A DNA stretch of 30,937 nucleotides from Pyrinomonadaceae bacterium. Lineage in GTDB: Bacteria > Acidobacteriota > Blastocatellia > Pyrinomonadales > Pyrinomonadaceae. Positions 21,949 to 30,937 of the stretch are shown here, piece by piece. The DNA is taken from contig JBKBYA010000003.1 in assembly GCA_046313635.1 (NCBI GenBank), forward strand, positions 280,868 through 311,804. Reading direction: 5' to 3'. Made by a program: the position numbers and the translations under genes. Numbering within the stretch: the first letter of the stretch is position 1; the number at the start of each line of letters is the position of its first letter. The notes under the pieces were generated by a model that worked only from the letters and a program-made list of their open reading frames with translations, did no database searches and was not told the origin of the DNA.

Positions 21949-23757
21949 CTATTTGGAACATCGCTCGGCCTGCCGCTGCAAACCGATGGCGTCCTGGCTG
22001 TTTGCGTCCAGGCCGAGTGCCGATGCGGCGTAGTTCCGGGCCTGCAGGCAGTCGCCCTTTTCCAGATAGATTTTGCCCAGACTGACGTGAGCGTCGATGA
22101 GACGATTGTCCCAGAAGAGCGCCGTTTTGAATGAGCTGATCGCCTGCTCGATCTCGCCGTGCCGCAGGTGGATCTTGCCGAGGATCAAATAACTCTCGGC
22201 GCTCATCGGCTCGCCGGCGAGCACGCGGCGGATCGCCGCCATCGCCTCGTCGTCCTGCCCGTTCTTGTAAAAGGCGCGCGCCTGAGCGAGCAGAGATTCG
22301 GTCGGGCTGAGAGCTGTCGCGGTCTGAGCGGCGTTGGCGTGCTTGCGGCTGAGAACCACGCTGACAAAATCCTTTCTAGCCGGCTGCTCGACCCGCAGCC
22401 CAAGCTCGCCGATCGTTTTGCTCCTGAGCCACTCCTTCTCTAGATTTGCATATCTGTTTCCGACGCTCAGCAGCTTGCGGGCGTCGTTGTCGGCCTGAGC
22501 CGCGGCGGGATCGTTGAGCTGAAGCAGCGTCTTGGACAGAAGATATGCGGCCTCACCGTCGGTCGGGCGCGCGGCCAGCAGTTGACCAAGCATCGCGGCC
22601 GCCTCCTGATGATTGCCCGCGAGGTAGCTCGTGAGGGCGAGATTGAATTTGATGTTCGCGTCGTCGGGCGCCGAATCGGCCGCCTTCTTGAGCAGGTCGA
22701 GCCCCTCGGTCAAAAGGGCCGCGGCCTTGGCATCATTCTTCTTTTCCGAGCGCGACGCCTGAACGGCGATCGAGCCGAGGGCGTTGTAAACGCTCGTCAG
22801 CTTGAGGTCGTCCGCCAGCGGCCTCAGCACCGCGAGCGCCTGCTCGTAACGGCCTTGCTGCCAGTAGATCAGGCCGATATAGAACGAAGCCTCTGCGTAG
22901 CCCTCGTCCGAGCAGCGGGCGGGCCTGCTGTCTGCCTTTGCACGGTCCTTGCACTGCTTGTTGGCGGTAATGACCTGCTCGAGATACTGAACGGCGTCCG
23001 ACGACTTTCGCTGACCGAGATAGAGATGTCCCAGCTCGAGCGCGGCATCCGAGTAGATGCCGCCCTCGCTCGCGTCGGCAAACAGCCTGATCGCGTTCTT
23101 GAAGTAATTCTCCTTTGCCTCGGGCACTTGGGTCAGCAGGCCTTTGATATAAGCCTCGAACGCTCTCGGCGGCACTCGGCTCGCCTGCTCGATCAACTGA
23201 TTTTGCGAGAAAGGCAAAGCCTTGTCTCGCTGGTAGAGCACCTGATACGCGATCTGTCCCTGCATGGTCTGCAGGTTGCCGAGCGCGTCGTTGAGAATGA
23301 TGTCGCGTGTGATGCGGCGTCCGTCCGGGAGCTCCTCGTTCAGGAATCGTCCCTCGTTGACGCGGACGATCTTTGTTGTCACGTTCAGCGTCGCGGCCAT
23401 GTCGCCCTGCGCGGGCGCGATGCTGTAGCTGCCGGTGACGAGCAGCGTCGCGCCGCTCTCGCGTGCAAGCTTTAGCGAGGTCGCGAGGCTGGGCAATGTC
23501 GCGAGCGGTATCCGCAGCCGCTGCTGTATGACCTTGCGTTCGTCGTTCGAGATGACGTTGAGCGTCGGCACGCGCAGCAGGTCGGCAAGCGCGTCGGCAA
23601 AGCTCTCGCCGACCCAGTTAAATTCGGGCTTGCCCGATTTGTTCTCGAACGGCATCACGATAACCGTGTCTGACGAGGTCTGCGCGACTGTCCCGACAGC
23701 GGCGAGGCCGCCGAGCACGAGCATCGCGAGCAGCAGGACTGTGTTTCTTATTCTCAT
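21949..23757 (-). CDS. Secreted TPR protein with N-terminal TolB-N/CsgG/FlgO-like domain
   Basis: Signal peptide; VIVMPFEN.SG...WVG....L, A...GA.LLVTGSY; many TPR helices. Confidence 0.85.
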   Translation of the reverse strand: MRIRNTVLLLAMLVLGGLAAVGTVAQTSSDTVIVMPFENKSGKPEFNWVGESFADALADLLRVPTLNVISNDERKVIQQRLRIPLATLPSLATSLKLARESGATLLVTGSYSIAPAQGDMAATLNVTTKIVRVNEGRFLNEELPDGRRITRDIILNDALGNLQTMQGQIAYQVLYQRDKALPFSQNQLIEQASRVPPRAFEAYIKGLLTQVPEAKENYFKNAIRLFADASEGGIYSDAALELGHLYLGQRKSSDAVQYLEQVITANKQCKDRAKADSRPARCSDEGYAEASFYIGLIYWQQGRYEQALAVLRPLADDLKLTSVYNALGSIAVQASRSEKKNDAKAAALLTEGLDLLKKAADSAPDDANIKFNLALTSYLAGNHQEAAAMLGQLLAARPTDGEAAYLLSKTLLQLNDPAAAQADNDARKLLSVGNRYANLEKEWLRSKTIGELGLRVEQPARKDFVSVVLSRKHANAAQTATALSPTESLLAQARAFYKNGQDDEAMAAIRRVLAGEPMSAESYLILGKIHLRHGEIEQAISSFKTALFWDNRLIDAHVSLGKIYLEKGDCLQARNYAASALGLDANSQDAIGLQRQAERCSK

Positions 23758-23768
23758 TCCGTAAAAAC

Positions 23769-23795
23769 AAAAAATTCGCGTCTTTCGAGCGAATT
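23769..23795 (-). terminator. Possible terminator after tRNA-Glu
   Basis: Minus strand AATTCGC-N9-GCGAATT followed by a T run. Confidence 0.4.
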
Positions 23796-23829
23796 CCGGT
23801 AGGTAGGATGCAGAACCTGTGAGAAAGGA

Positions 23830-23905
23830 TGGCGACCCGTACGGGATTCGAACCCGTGTTGCCGCCGTGAAAGGGCGGTGTCCTAGGCCCCTAGACGAAC
23901 GGGTC
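23830..23905 (-). tRNA. tRNA-Glu (anticodon TTC)
   Basis: GACCCGTTCGTCTAGGGGCCTAGGACACCGCCCTTTCACGGCGGCAACACGGGTTCGAATCCCGTACGGGTCGCCA; complete cloverleaf with encoded CCA. Confidence 0.97.
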
Positions 23906-23967
23906 GCACGTTCGTTGAGTCACACGGTGACGTCAGGCCTCGATTCGCTTGCGGCGAACGAACCGAT

Positions 23968-23997
23968 AGATTATCGCGGCGAACTTTTGCGTGTCAA
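23968..23997 (-). promoter_or_regulatory. Sigma-70 promoter of tRNA-Glu
   Basis: TTGACA-N16-GATAAT (or N18-TAATCT) about 60 bp upstream of the tRNA. Confidence 0.6.
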
Positions 23998-24060
23998 ACG
24001 CGGTTTCCGGCCTGATCGGTCGATCGAGGCGGCGGCCGGCGCCCGACTTATACTGGAGAA

Positions 24061-24648
24061 ATGTTTCTGCTTACAAGGCCGTCGCGCCAAATGACGGACG
24101 AGCTTATCCGCGGCGCCGCAGGCCGCCCGTTCTCGTATTCGGCCGTCGGCGGATCGCGGGGTCTGCGCGCTCCGGCGGGCTTCGTCGTCGATCACAATCG
24201 GACGCGTCTCGGCTGCGGGTGTGAAGTTTTTGAGCGTTCAAGACAAGCCGTGAAAGAGTGGAAGATGTTTGATCTCGGATGGGTCGAGGTCGCAGATCCG
24301 CAGACGCCTATCGAGGTCGGGCGGAACGTGGCCGTGCTCGCCCGTCTGCTCGGCATTTATTCGCTCAACCTCTGCCGGATCGTTTACGTCGTCGACGAGC
24401 AGGCCGGCGGCGTCGAGCGGTTCGGCTTTGCGTACGGCACGCTCGACGAGCACGCCGAGTCGGGCGAGGAGCGGTTCACGGTCGAGTTCCATCGCGACAC
24501 CGGCGACGTGTGGTACGACCTCTTCGCATTTTCGCGGCCCGCGCATCCGCTCGTCAGGCTCGGCTATCCCTATGCGCGTGCTCTGCAGCGGTCGTTCGTG
24601 AGAGACTCGCTCGCGGCGATGCGGCGGGCGGTGAGCGGCGTTTCTTAG
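24061..24648 (+). CDS. DUF1990 family protein
   Basis: FSY..VG, LG.G...FERS..A...W.MF, CRIVYV, GFAYGTL..H.ESGEERF.V, AFSRP. Confidence 0.88.
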   Translation: MFLLTRPSRQMTDELIRGAAGRPFSYSAVGGSRGLRAPAGFVVDHNRTRLGCGCEVFERSRQAVKEWKMFDLGWVEVADPQTPIEVGRNVAVLARLLGIYSLNLCRIVYVVDEQAGGVERFGFAYGTLDEHAESGEERFTVEFHRDTGDVWYDLFAFSRPAHPLVRLGYPYARALQRSFVRDSLAAMRRAVSGVS

Positions 24649-24681
24649 ACGCCCGCGGGTTTCGTGTAAAATCAGGTGCAA

Positions 24682-27387
24682 ATGAAACGCGTCTTTTTGA
24701 TCGACTCGATGTCGCATATCTTCCGTGCGTTCTATGCGCCGATGGGCAATCGGCAAGAGCCGCTGCGGAACAGCAAAGGACAGGTCACGCAGGCGGTATT
24801 CGTCTTTACGAATATGCTCCGCAAGCTGCTGAACGACGAGGATCCCGAATACATCGCCGCCGTCTTCGACACCGCGGCGCCGACCTTTCGTCACGAGTCG
24901 TACGCCGACTACAAGGCCAACCGCGTCGAGATGCCCGACGAACTCGCGGCGCAGATCCCCTACATCGTTCGGGTGTGCGAGGTCTTTGACATTCCGATCC
25001 TCAAGCTGGACGGCTACGAGGCCGACGACATCATCGGCACGCTCGCGCAAAAGGTCGAGAAGCAGGGAATGCAGGCCGTCATCGTCTCGAACGACAAGGA
25101 CCTCTGCCAACTCGTCAAGGATCCCGGCATCATCGTCATGCGGCAGAATTCGCAGAACATCAAACGCAAGGTTCCCGTGCCGCCGATCGAGTGGTGCGAC
25201 GAGGCGTGGGTCAAGAATAAGTTCGGCGTCGAGCCCAAGCAGATCATCGACCTGCTCGGCCTGATGGGCGACGCGATCGACAACATTCCGGGAGCGCCCG
25301 GCATCGGCGAAAAAGGCGCGCTCAAGATCATTCAGGAGTACGGCTCGGCGGAAGAGGCGATGCGCAACGCCGAAAAGATCTCGCATAAGACATATCGCGA
25401 GAGCCTGCAGAACAACCAGGACATCATCCGCCAGTCGCTCGAGCTCGCGACCGTGCACTGCGAGGTGCCGATCGAGCTCGATCTCGACCGGCTCAAACGC
25501 GGCGAGCCGCACCGCGCCGACGCGTACAAGCTGTTTCGCGAGCTCGAATTTAACTCCCTCACGCGGGAATTTGCCGACTCGGCGCCGATGACGAGCGATG
25601 GAGCAGCCGCTGCCGCGGGGCAAAATGCCGAGCGGAATTACTCGATCGTCAAGACGCGTGACGAGCTCGACCGGCTGGTGCGCAGGCTCTGGGAGACCGA
25701 GCATTGGAGCTTTGAAGCGCACGAGTCGGAAAAGCATGAGCGGTCGAGCTGCTTTCACAAACGGCCGCCGGCGGGCATTGCGATCGCGGCCGCGGCCGGG
25801 ACGTCGTTTTACGTCGATATAGACAATTTCGAGGGCGGCCGCGAAGCCGCGATCGCGCCGCTGCGCGACATTTTGAGCAACGGCTTTCTAGACAAGGTCT
25901 GCTTTGACCACAAACACCAGATAGGCGTGCTGATGACCGTCGGCATCGAGCCCGAATCGGTCGTCGACGATCCGATGATCGCCGCGTATCTGATCGACTC
26001 GACACGCTCGGGCTACGATTTGGAGGGTCTCGCGCAGATCAACCTCGACGCCCCGATGCTGCAAGAGGTGCCGGAGGGATTTTCAGAAGGGGCGTACCGC
26101 GCGGCCGAGCGCGCCGATTGGACGTTTCAGCTCGCGCCGATGCTGCGCAAAAAGATCCGCGAGGACGGACTCGAAAAGATCTACACCGAGATCGAGCTGC
26201 CGCTCGAGCCTCTGCTCGCCGAGATCGAACGCAACGGAATGAAGGTCGACGCCGCAAAGCTTGTCGCCTTTTCTGAGCTGATCACGGCCGACCTCGCGCG
26301 GCTGCGCGAAAAGATCTACAAGATCGCGGGCCGCGAATTCAACATCGGCTCCCCCAAGCAGGTCGGCGAGGTGCTGCAGGAGCTGAACATCTCGACCGGC
26401 AAAAAGACCGCGACCGGCCAGATATCGACGAGCCGCGACATACTCATCGAGCTCGCCGCCAACTACGAGATAGCCCAGCTCATCATCGACTATCGCGAAC
26501 TCGATAAGCTCAAGGCGACCTATGCCGACTCGCTGCCGAAGCTCATCGACGACGACGGCCGCATTCACGGCTGCCTGAATCAGACGGTCGCGGCGACCGG
26601 CCGCTTGAGTTCGACCGACCCAAATCTGCAGAACATCCCGATCCGCACCGAGCTCGGGCAAGAGATCCGCCGCGCGTTCGTCGCCGAGCCCGGAAACAAG
26701 CTTATCGCCGCCGACTACTCGCAGCTCGAGCTGCGCATTCTCGCGCACGTCACGCAAGACCCTGTGATGCTCGAGGCGTTCCAGACCGGCGAGGACATTC
26801 ATTCGAGAACGGCAAGGCTGGTCTTTGGAGCAAAGGACGAAAAGGAGCTGAAAGAAAAACGCCGGCTCGCAAAGATCGTCAACTTCGCGATCGCGTACGC
26901 GGTCGAGGCGTTCGGGCTCGCGTCGCGCGTCGGGCTGTCGCGGGCCGAAGCCAAAAAGGTGATAGAGGATTATTACGAGACGTACAAGGGCATCCGCCGC
27001 TATATGGACGAGACGCCAAAGATCGCTCGCGAGCAGGGCTACGTCTCGTCGTTGTTCGGGCGGCGCCGATACTTTCCGTCGATCAACGACCGCAACTTCA
27101 GCGTCCGCGCTCGGGCCGAGCGAGAGGCGATCAATATGCCCATCCAGGGCACCGCGAGCGATATCGTCAAGATCGCGATGCTGAGGGTCGACCGCGCGAT
27201 CAAAAAGGCAGGCCTTGCGACCAAGATGATCATGCAGGTGCACGACGAACTGCTGTTTGAAGCTCCGGCGGGCGAGGTCGACAAGGCATCGGAGATCATC
27301 AAACGTGAAATGGAAGCCGCCGCACAGCTCGACGCGCCGCTCGTCGCCGAGATCGGCGTGGGCGACGATTGGATGAGCGCGAAGTGA
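24682..27387 (+). CDS. polA: DNA polymerase I
   Basis: 5'-3' exonuclease (FRH..Y.DYKANR, EADD.IG, L.GD..DNIPG), TGRLSS..PNLQNIP, ADYSQLELR, QVHDEL; GTG 24676 is an alternative start. Confidence 0.97.
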   Translation: MKRVFLIDSMSHIFRAFYAPMGNRQEPLRNSKGQVTQAVFVFTNMLRKLLNDEDPEYIAAVFDTAAPTFRHESYADYKANRVEMPDELAAQIPYIVRVCEVFDIPILKLDGYEADDIIGTLAQKVEKQGMQAVIVSNDKDLCQLVKDPGIIVMRQNSQNIKRKVPVPPIEWCDEAWVKNKFGVEPKQIIDLLGLMGDAIDNIPGAPGIGEKGALKIIQEYGSAEEAMRNAEKISHKTYRESLQNNQDIIRQSLELATVHCEVPIELDLDRLKRGEPHRADAYKLFRELEFNSLTREFADSAPMTSDGAAAAAGQNAERNYSIVKTRDELDRLVRRLWETEHWSFEAHESEKHERSSCFHKRPPAGIAIAAAAGTSFYVDIDNFEGGREAAIAPLRDILSNGFLDKVCFDHKHQIGVLMTVGIEPESVVDDPMIAAYLIDSTRSGYDLEGLAQINLDAPMLQEVPEGFSEGAYRAAERADWTFQLAPMLRKKIREDGLEKIYTEIELPLEPLLAEIERNGMKVDAAKLVAFSELITADLARLREKIYKIAGREFNIGSPKQVGEVLQELNISTGKKTATGQISTSRDILIELAANYEIAQLIIDYRELDKLKATYADSLPKLIDDDGRIHGCLNQTVAATGRLSSTDPNLQNIPIRTELGQEIRRAFVAEPGNKLIAADYSQLELRILAHVTQDPVMLEAFQTGEDIHSRTARLVFGAKDEKELKEKRRLAKIVNFAIAYAVEAFGLASRVGLSRAEAKKVIEDYYETYKGIRRYMDETPKIAREQGYVSSLFGRRRYFPSINDRNFSVRARAEREAINMPIQGTASDIVKIAMLRVDRAIKKAGLATKMIMQVHDELLFEAPAGEVDKASEIIKREMEAAAQLDAPLVAEIGVGDDWMSAK

Positions 27388-27396
27388 TACGCCAGT

Positions 27397-27430
27397 AACT
27401 GCTGGCTGTTAGCTGACAGCTGACAATTCA
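27397..27430. repeat. Heptamer tandem repeat between convergent genes
   Basis: aactgct ggctgtt agctgac agctgac aattca. Confidence 0.65.
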
Positions 27431-27922
27431 ATCTCCGGTCGGGTCGTCCAGCGACGGTTTGCCTCTGCTGATCCAGTTGTCGATCGTCACGCCGAGCTTC
27501 AAGATCGCGACCGCAAAGACGGTTGCGATCGCAGCGAGGCCGACCGCTCCAAGTCCCACAGTGACGCCGATCGCGGCGGCCATCCAGATGCCGGCCGACG
27601 TCGTCAGGCCGCGGACGTCGATCTCCTCGCTGAGCTTGATGATCGTACCGGCGCCGATAAAGCCGATACCGGTCACGATGCCCTGAATGACGCGCGAGAG
27701 CGCGTCGCTGCCAAATCCGCTCTGCGTACTCGCGATCACAAAGAGCGCCGTGCCGAGCGTGACGAGCATATGGGTCCTCACGCCCGCGGCCTTGCCGGCA
27801 CTCTCGCGCTCGATACCGATGACGGCGCCGAATAGTATCGCCGCCGCGAGTCTTATGAGCACGCGCAGAAGTTCGTCGCCCGCGGCGAAGCCTCGACTCA
27901 ATTCGCTCCAGAGCACTTCCAT
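27428..27922 (-). CDS. MgtC/SapB family membrane protein
   Basis: IGIERE..GKAAGVRTHMLV, SRVIQGIVTGIGFIGAG, GLTTSA.IW. Confidence 0.92.
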   Translation of the reverse strand: MEVLWSELSRGFAAGDELLRVLIRLAAAILFGAVIGIERESAGKAAGVRTHMLVTLGTALFVIASTQSGFGSDALSRVIQGIVTGIGFIGAGTIIKLSEEIDVRGLTTSAGIWMAAAIGVTVGLGAVGLAAIATVFAVAILKLGVTIDNWISRGKPSLDDPTGD

Positions 27923-27995
27923 AAACTATCCGCCGAAAAGCTTATCGCGCCCTGCGGCCGCGCGTTTGTACTGCTCTGTACGTTTGGCCCCGGGC

Positions 27996-28487
27996 TCAAT
28001 GATTGTGCGGCTTGCGGGTCAGACGGCCTTTGTTTATCCAGTTATCGACGGCGACGGTCACGCTGAGGATGACGATCGTAGCGGCGGTGACCATCGCGGC
28101 CAGACCAAGCAGCCCCATGCCGATCGTGACGCCGATCGCGGCCGAGATCCAGATGCCCGCGGATGTCGTCAGACCTTTGACGTCGGCCGCCGAGTCGAGC
28201 TTGATGATCGTGCCCGCACCGATAAAGCCGATGCCTGTCACGATGCCCTGGATCACTCGCGACAACCCGTCGCTCGTCATATTGTGATGAATGCACGCCA
28301 GCACGAATGCAGCGGTACCGACGGTCACCAGCATGTGTGTGCGGATGCCGGCCGCCTTGCCCGCCCGCTGGCGTTCGATGCCTATCGTCATACCGAGAAT
28401 AGCGGCGGCCGATAGACGGATGATGACGATCGTCAGCTCGCGGCTGTCGGGTATGCCGGCACTCAATTCCTGCCAGAGTAGTTCCAT
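27996..28487 (-). CDS. MgtC/SapB family membrane protein (tandem paralog)
   Basis: Same motifs; start set at ATG 28487 (MELLWQEL, parallel to MEVLWSEL). Confidence 0.92.
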   Translation of the reverse strand: MELLWQELSAGIPDSRELTIVIIRLSAAAILGMTIGIERQRAGKAAGIRTHMLVTVGTAAFVLACIHHNMTSDGLSRVIQGIVTGIGFIGAGTIIKLDSAADVKGLTTSAGIWISAAIGVTIGMGLLGLAAMVTAATIVILSVTVAVDNWINKGRLTRKPHNH

Positions 28488-28617
28488 ATTTTTTTGAAAA
28501 GGGTCCCAGCGTGAGATGCGTCGGAGCAAGCGGCACTGCCGGGCGCTCGGGCGGTGATAGTCTATAATCGAACACGAATCTCTGTCACCCGATTTACGCT
28601 CGGACCACGCTCATTCA

Positions 28618-29277
28618 ATGACAAGACCGATCACTCAGACCGCTCGGACCAAACTCAAGCGTCTGCCCAAGCGAGGCAGATTTGAACGCGATACGATCAA
28701 CGCCATTCTCGACGAGGCCTTTATCTGCCATGTCGGATTTGTCGTCGACGGCCACCCGTACGTGATACCTACGGGCTTTGGCCGCATCGACGAACGGCTC
28801 TACATTCACGGCTCGTCGGCGAGCCGTATGCTGCGAAGCTTGTCGGCCGGCATCGACGTCTGCGTGACGGTAACGCTCGTCGACGGGCTGGTGATCGCGC
28901 GTTCGGCGTTTCATCATTCGGTGAATTACCGTTCGGTCGTCATTCTCGGCAAGGCCGGGCTCGTCACGGATGCTGACGAAAAGATGCTGGCGCTCGAGAC
29001 GATCACAAACCACTTCGTCCCCGGCCGATGGCCCGATTGCCGCTGGCCGAACGAACTCGAATTAAAAGCGACGAGCGTGCTGAGGCTCGCGATCGACGAG
29101 GTCTCGGCAAAGGTGCGGACCGGCGACCCGGTCGACGACGAAGAAGATTACGCGTTGGACACTTGGGCCGGCGTCCTGCCGCTCGAGCTTGCGGCCGGCA
29201 CGCCCGTCGACGACGCTCGTCTCGACAAGCCGATCGCCCCGCCCGACTACATCACAAACTACAAACGAAGGCCGTAA
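28618..29277 (+). CDS. Pyridoxamine 5'-phosphate oxidase-like flavin-binding protein (NimA/FDOR-like)
   Basis: ILDEA.ICHVGF, PYVIP, LYIHGS..SRM, DGLV.ARSAFHHS.NYRSV. Confidence 0.88.
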   Translation: MTRPITQTARTKLKRLPKRGRFERDTINAILDEAFICHVGFVVDGHPYVIPTGFGRIDERLYIHGSSASRMLRSLSAGIDVCVTVTLVDGLVIARSAFHHSVNYRSVVILGKAGLVTDADEKMLALETITNHFVPGRWPDCRWPNELELKATSVLRLAIDEVSAKVRTGDPVDDEEDYALDTWAGVLPLELAAGTPVDDARLDKPIAPPDYITNYKRRP

Positions 29278-29282
29278 AACGA

Positions 29283-30557
29283 ATGGAGCGATCCGGAAAT
29301 CGATTCTTCTACGGCTGGGTGATCGTCGGTGTCGCGCTCGTCGCGCTCGTCGTGAGCAACGGGCTGTCGATCTATGGCATTCCCGTATTTTACCGTTCAA
29401 TCCGCGAGGAGTTTGTCGCGAGCGGCGCGATCGCTGCCGGTCAAGCGGAGAGCTTTATCGCGTTTGGCGCGACGCTGACATTCCTTTGTTCGGGACTGAT
29501 CTCGCCGCTCGCCGGCTGGCTGATCGCCCGATACCGTCTCAAGCGTCTGATGCTTGCCGGCTGCGTGATGCTCGGCGCGGGCCTCACGCTGCACGCCGTG
29601 ACGACGTCGCCGCTCGCGGTCTACGCCGCCCGGGTGCTGATGGGCTCGTCGCTCGGGTTTATCGGCGTGCTGCCGAGCGTTGTGCTCGTGTCGAACTGGT
29701 TCGAGCGGCGACGCGGAACGGCGCTCGGGATACTGCTTGCAGGCACGAGCATCGGCGGCATCGTCATCCCTCCGATCGCGACGCCGCTCGTCGCCGCATA
29801 CGGCTGGCGAACGGCGATGCTGCTCGTGAGTCTTTTGATCTGGGTCGTGCTCGTGCCGGCGATCGTGCTGCTGGTCAGGGATCGGCCGGGCGATGTCGGA
29901 CTCGAGCCTGACGGCGAACTGCGTCGAGCGCCGTCTGCCGGCGACCCGTCGGCCGCGACCGGAATGACATTTGGCGAGGCTTTGCGGACGCCGCAGTTCT
30001 GGATCTTTGCGATGGGCGCGGCGCTTATTTTTTATCCGATCTTTGTCAGTACGCAGCAGTTCATACTGCAGGCGGGCCGCATCGGCGTCGATCCGCCGAC
30101 CGCGAGCCTGATGCTGTCGAGCATCGCCGCGGCGAGCATTGTCGGAAAGTCGTTGTTCGGCGCTCTGAGCGACCGGTTCGATCCGCTGCGGGTGATACTG
30201 GTCTGCTCGGCGGTGATGCTGGCGTCAACGTTCTTTCTGCTCGAGCTCACGCTCGCGACGGCGTTCGCGTTCCTGATCGTCTTCGGCCTCGGCTACGGCG
30301 GAGCGCTGGTCCTGATCCAGCGTCTGACGGCGGACTTTTTCGGTCGACGAGACTATCCGAAGATCCTCGGGGCGATCACCATCGGCGACACGCTCGGCGC
30401 CGCGCTCGGCGGTCTCGTCACGGGCCGCCTCGCCGACGCGTCGGGCGGCGACTATACGACGGCATTCTTCGGCGTGATCGCAGCCGCGGCTGGAGCGTTC
30501 GTGCTGATGCTGGTGCTGAATGTGACGGCGAGGCGGACGAAGGTGCAATTCGGATGA
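29283..30557 (+). CDS. MFS transporter
   Basis: FFYGWVIV start, WF.RRRG.ALG, GALSDRF, about 12 hydrophobic segments; start set at ATG 29283. Confidence 0.9.
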   Translation: MERSGNRFFYGWVIVGVALVALVVSNGLSIYGIPVFYRSIREEFVASGAIAAGQAESFIAFGATLTFLCSGLISPLAGWLIARYRLKRLMLAGCVMLGAGLTLHAVTTSPLAVYAARVLMGSSLGFIGVLPSVVLVSNWFERRRGTALGILLAGTSIGGIVIPPIATPLVAAYGWRTAMLLVSLLIWVVLVPAIVLLVRDRPGDVGLEPDGELRRAPSAGDPSAATGMTFGEALRTPQFWIFAMGAALIFYPIFVSTQQFILQAGRIGVDPPTASLMLSSIAAASIVGKSLFGALSDRFDPLRVILVCSAVMLASTFFLLELTLATAFAFLIVFGLGYGGALVLIQRLTADFFGRRDYPKILGAITIGDTLGAALGGLVTGRLADASGGDYTTAFFGVIAAAAGAFVLMLVLNVTARRTKVQFG

Positions 30558-30589
30558 AACACCCACAAATCGCGGCGCAGAGCAGACGC

Positions 30590-30621
30590 AAAAAGAGGCC
30601 GTCCTTTCTAGACGGCCTCTT
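30590..30621. terminator. Bidirectional intrinsic terminator
   Basis: aagaggccgtc-ctttcta-gacggcctctt with an A run on the left; lies between the MFS stop and the tRNA 3' end. Confidence 0.8.
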
Positions 30622-30631
30622 ATTTCGATCT

Positions 30632-30678
30632 TGGTGGAGCAGAGGGGGATCGAACCCCTGACCTCAGCATTGCGAACG
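30632..30678 (-). pseudogene. 3' 47 nt of tRNA-Ala(CGC); att site of an integrated element
   Basis: CGTTCGCAATGCTGAGGTCAGGGGTTCGATCCCCCTCTGCTCCACCA: anticodon loop, T arm and CCA present; D arm and 5' acceptor strand absent. Confidence 0.88.
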
Positions 30679-30937
30679 GAGCGTACAGATCGCGAGAAAA
30701 CTTCGCAAATGCTGTAAAAATCGTCATTTAGCATCAAAGCCGCCCGGCATAAGCGAGAACGAACGGGAAGAAAATCGAATGTTTAGCGAGAACCAATCCT
30801 GCCAAAATCCTACCAGCCCCGGACGCCTTAATGGTACGATTCTGCCGAATCAAATAAATTCAGCAACTGCGAGGCGTTTCGGTGACAGATTATATTATGG
30901 GAATTATATACTTGACTCCCTCACATAAATCTGCTAT
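30679..30937. mobile_element. Edge of a tRNA-Ala-integrated element extending beyond the window
   Basis: Begins at the tRNA breakpoint; AT-richer; direct repeat aatcctgcca/aatcctacca (30795-30815) resembling integrase arm sites. Confidence 0.6.

Noticed and set aside
24238..27243. 506-aa and 386-aa minus-strand ORFs
   Set aside because: Antisense shadows of polA
30632..30710. Intact tRNA-Ala gene
   Set aside because: No D arm or 5' acceptor strand beyond 30678

Overview
Mostly GC-rich bacterial chromosomal backbone; gene content suggests Acidobacteriota, probably Blastocatellia (inference). Housekeeping genes: methylmalonyl-CoA mutase large subunit, rlmD-like methyltransferase, M48 peptidase, cutA, LOG protein, fabI, PfkB kinase, BamD-like protein, mtnP, ftsK, frameshifted prfB, lnt, tRNA-Glu, polA, two MgtC/SapB genes, a flavin-binding protein and an MFS transporter. 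Both ends are accessory. On the left are a PLD-family restriction endonuclease, vsr, and a 1017-bp integrase-less toxin-antitoxin cassette bracketed by two diverged copies of the last 131 bp of the mutase gene, which looks like integration by replacement of a coding 3' end. On the right is a 3' fragment of tRNA-Ala(CGC) marking the att boundary of an element that continues past the window. The most striking non-genic signal is that many intergenic gaps are filled by hairpins whose arms are tandem 7-mer or 9-mer units of differing sequence, plus REP/REPIN-like palindromes, one of which sits in frame inside the mutase. Also seen: a candidate sigma-54-dependent sRNA, several apparently leaderless genes (one with a probable CTG start) and an atypical PolA O-helix motif.
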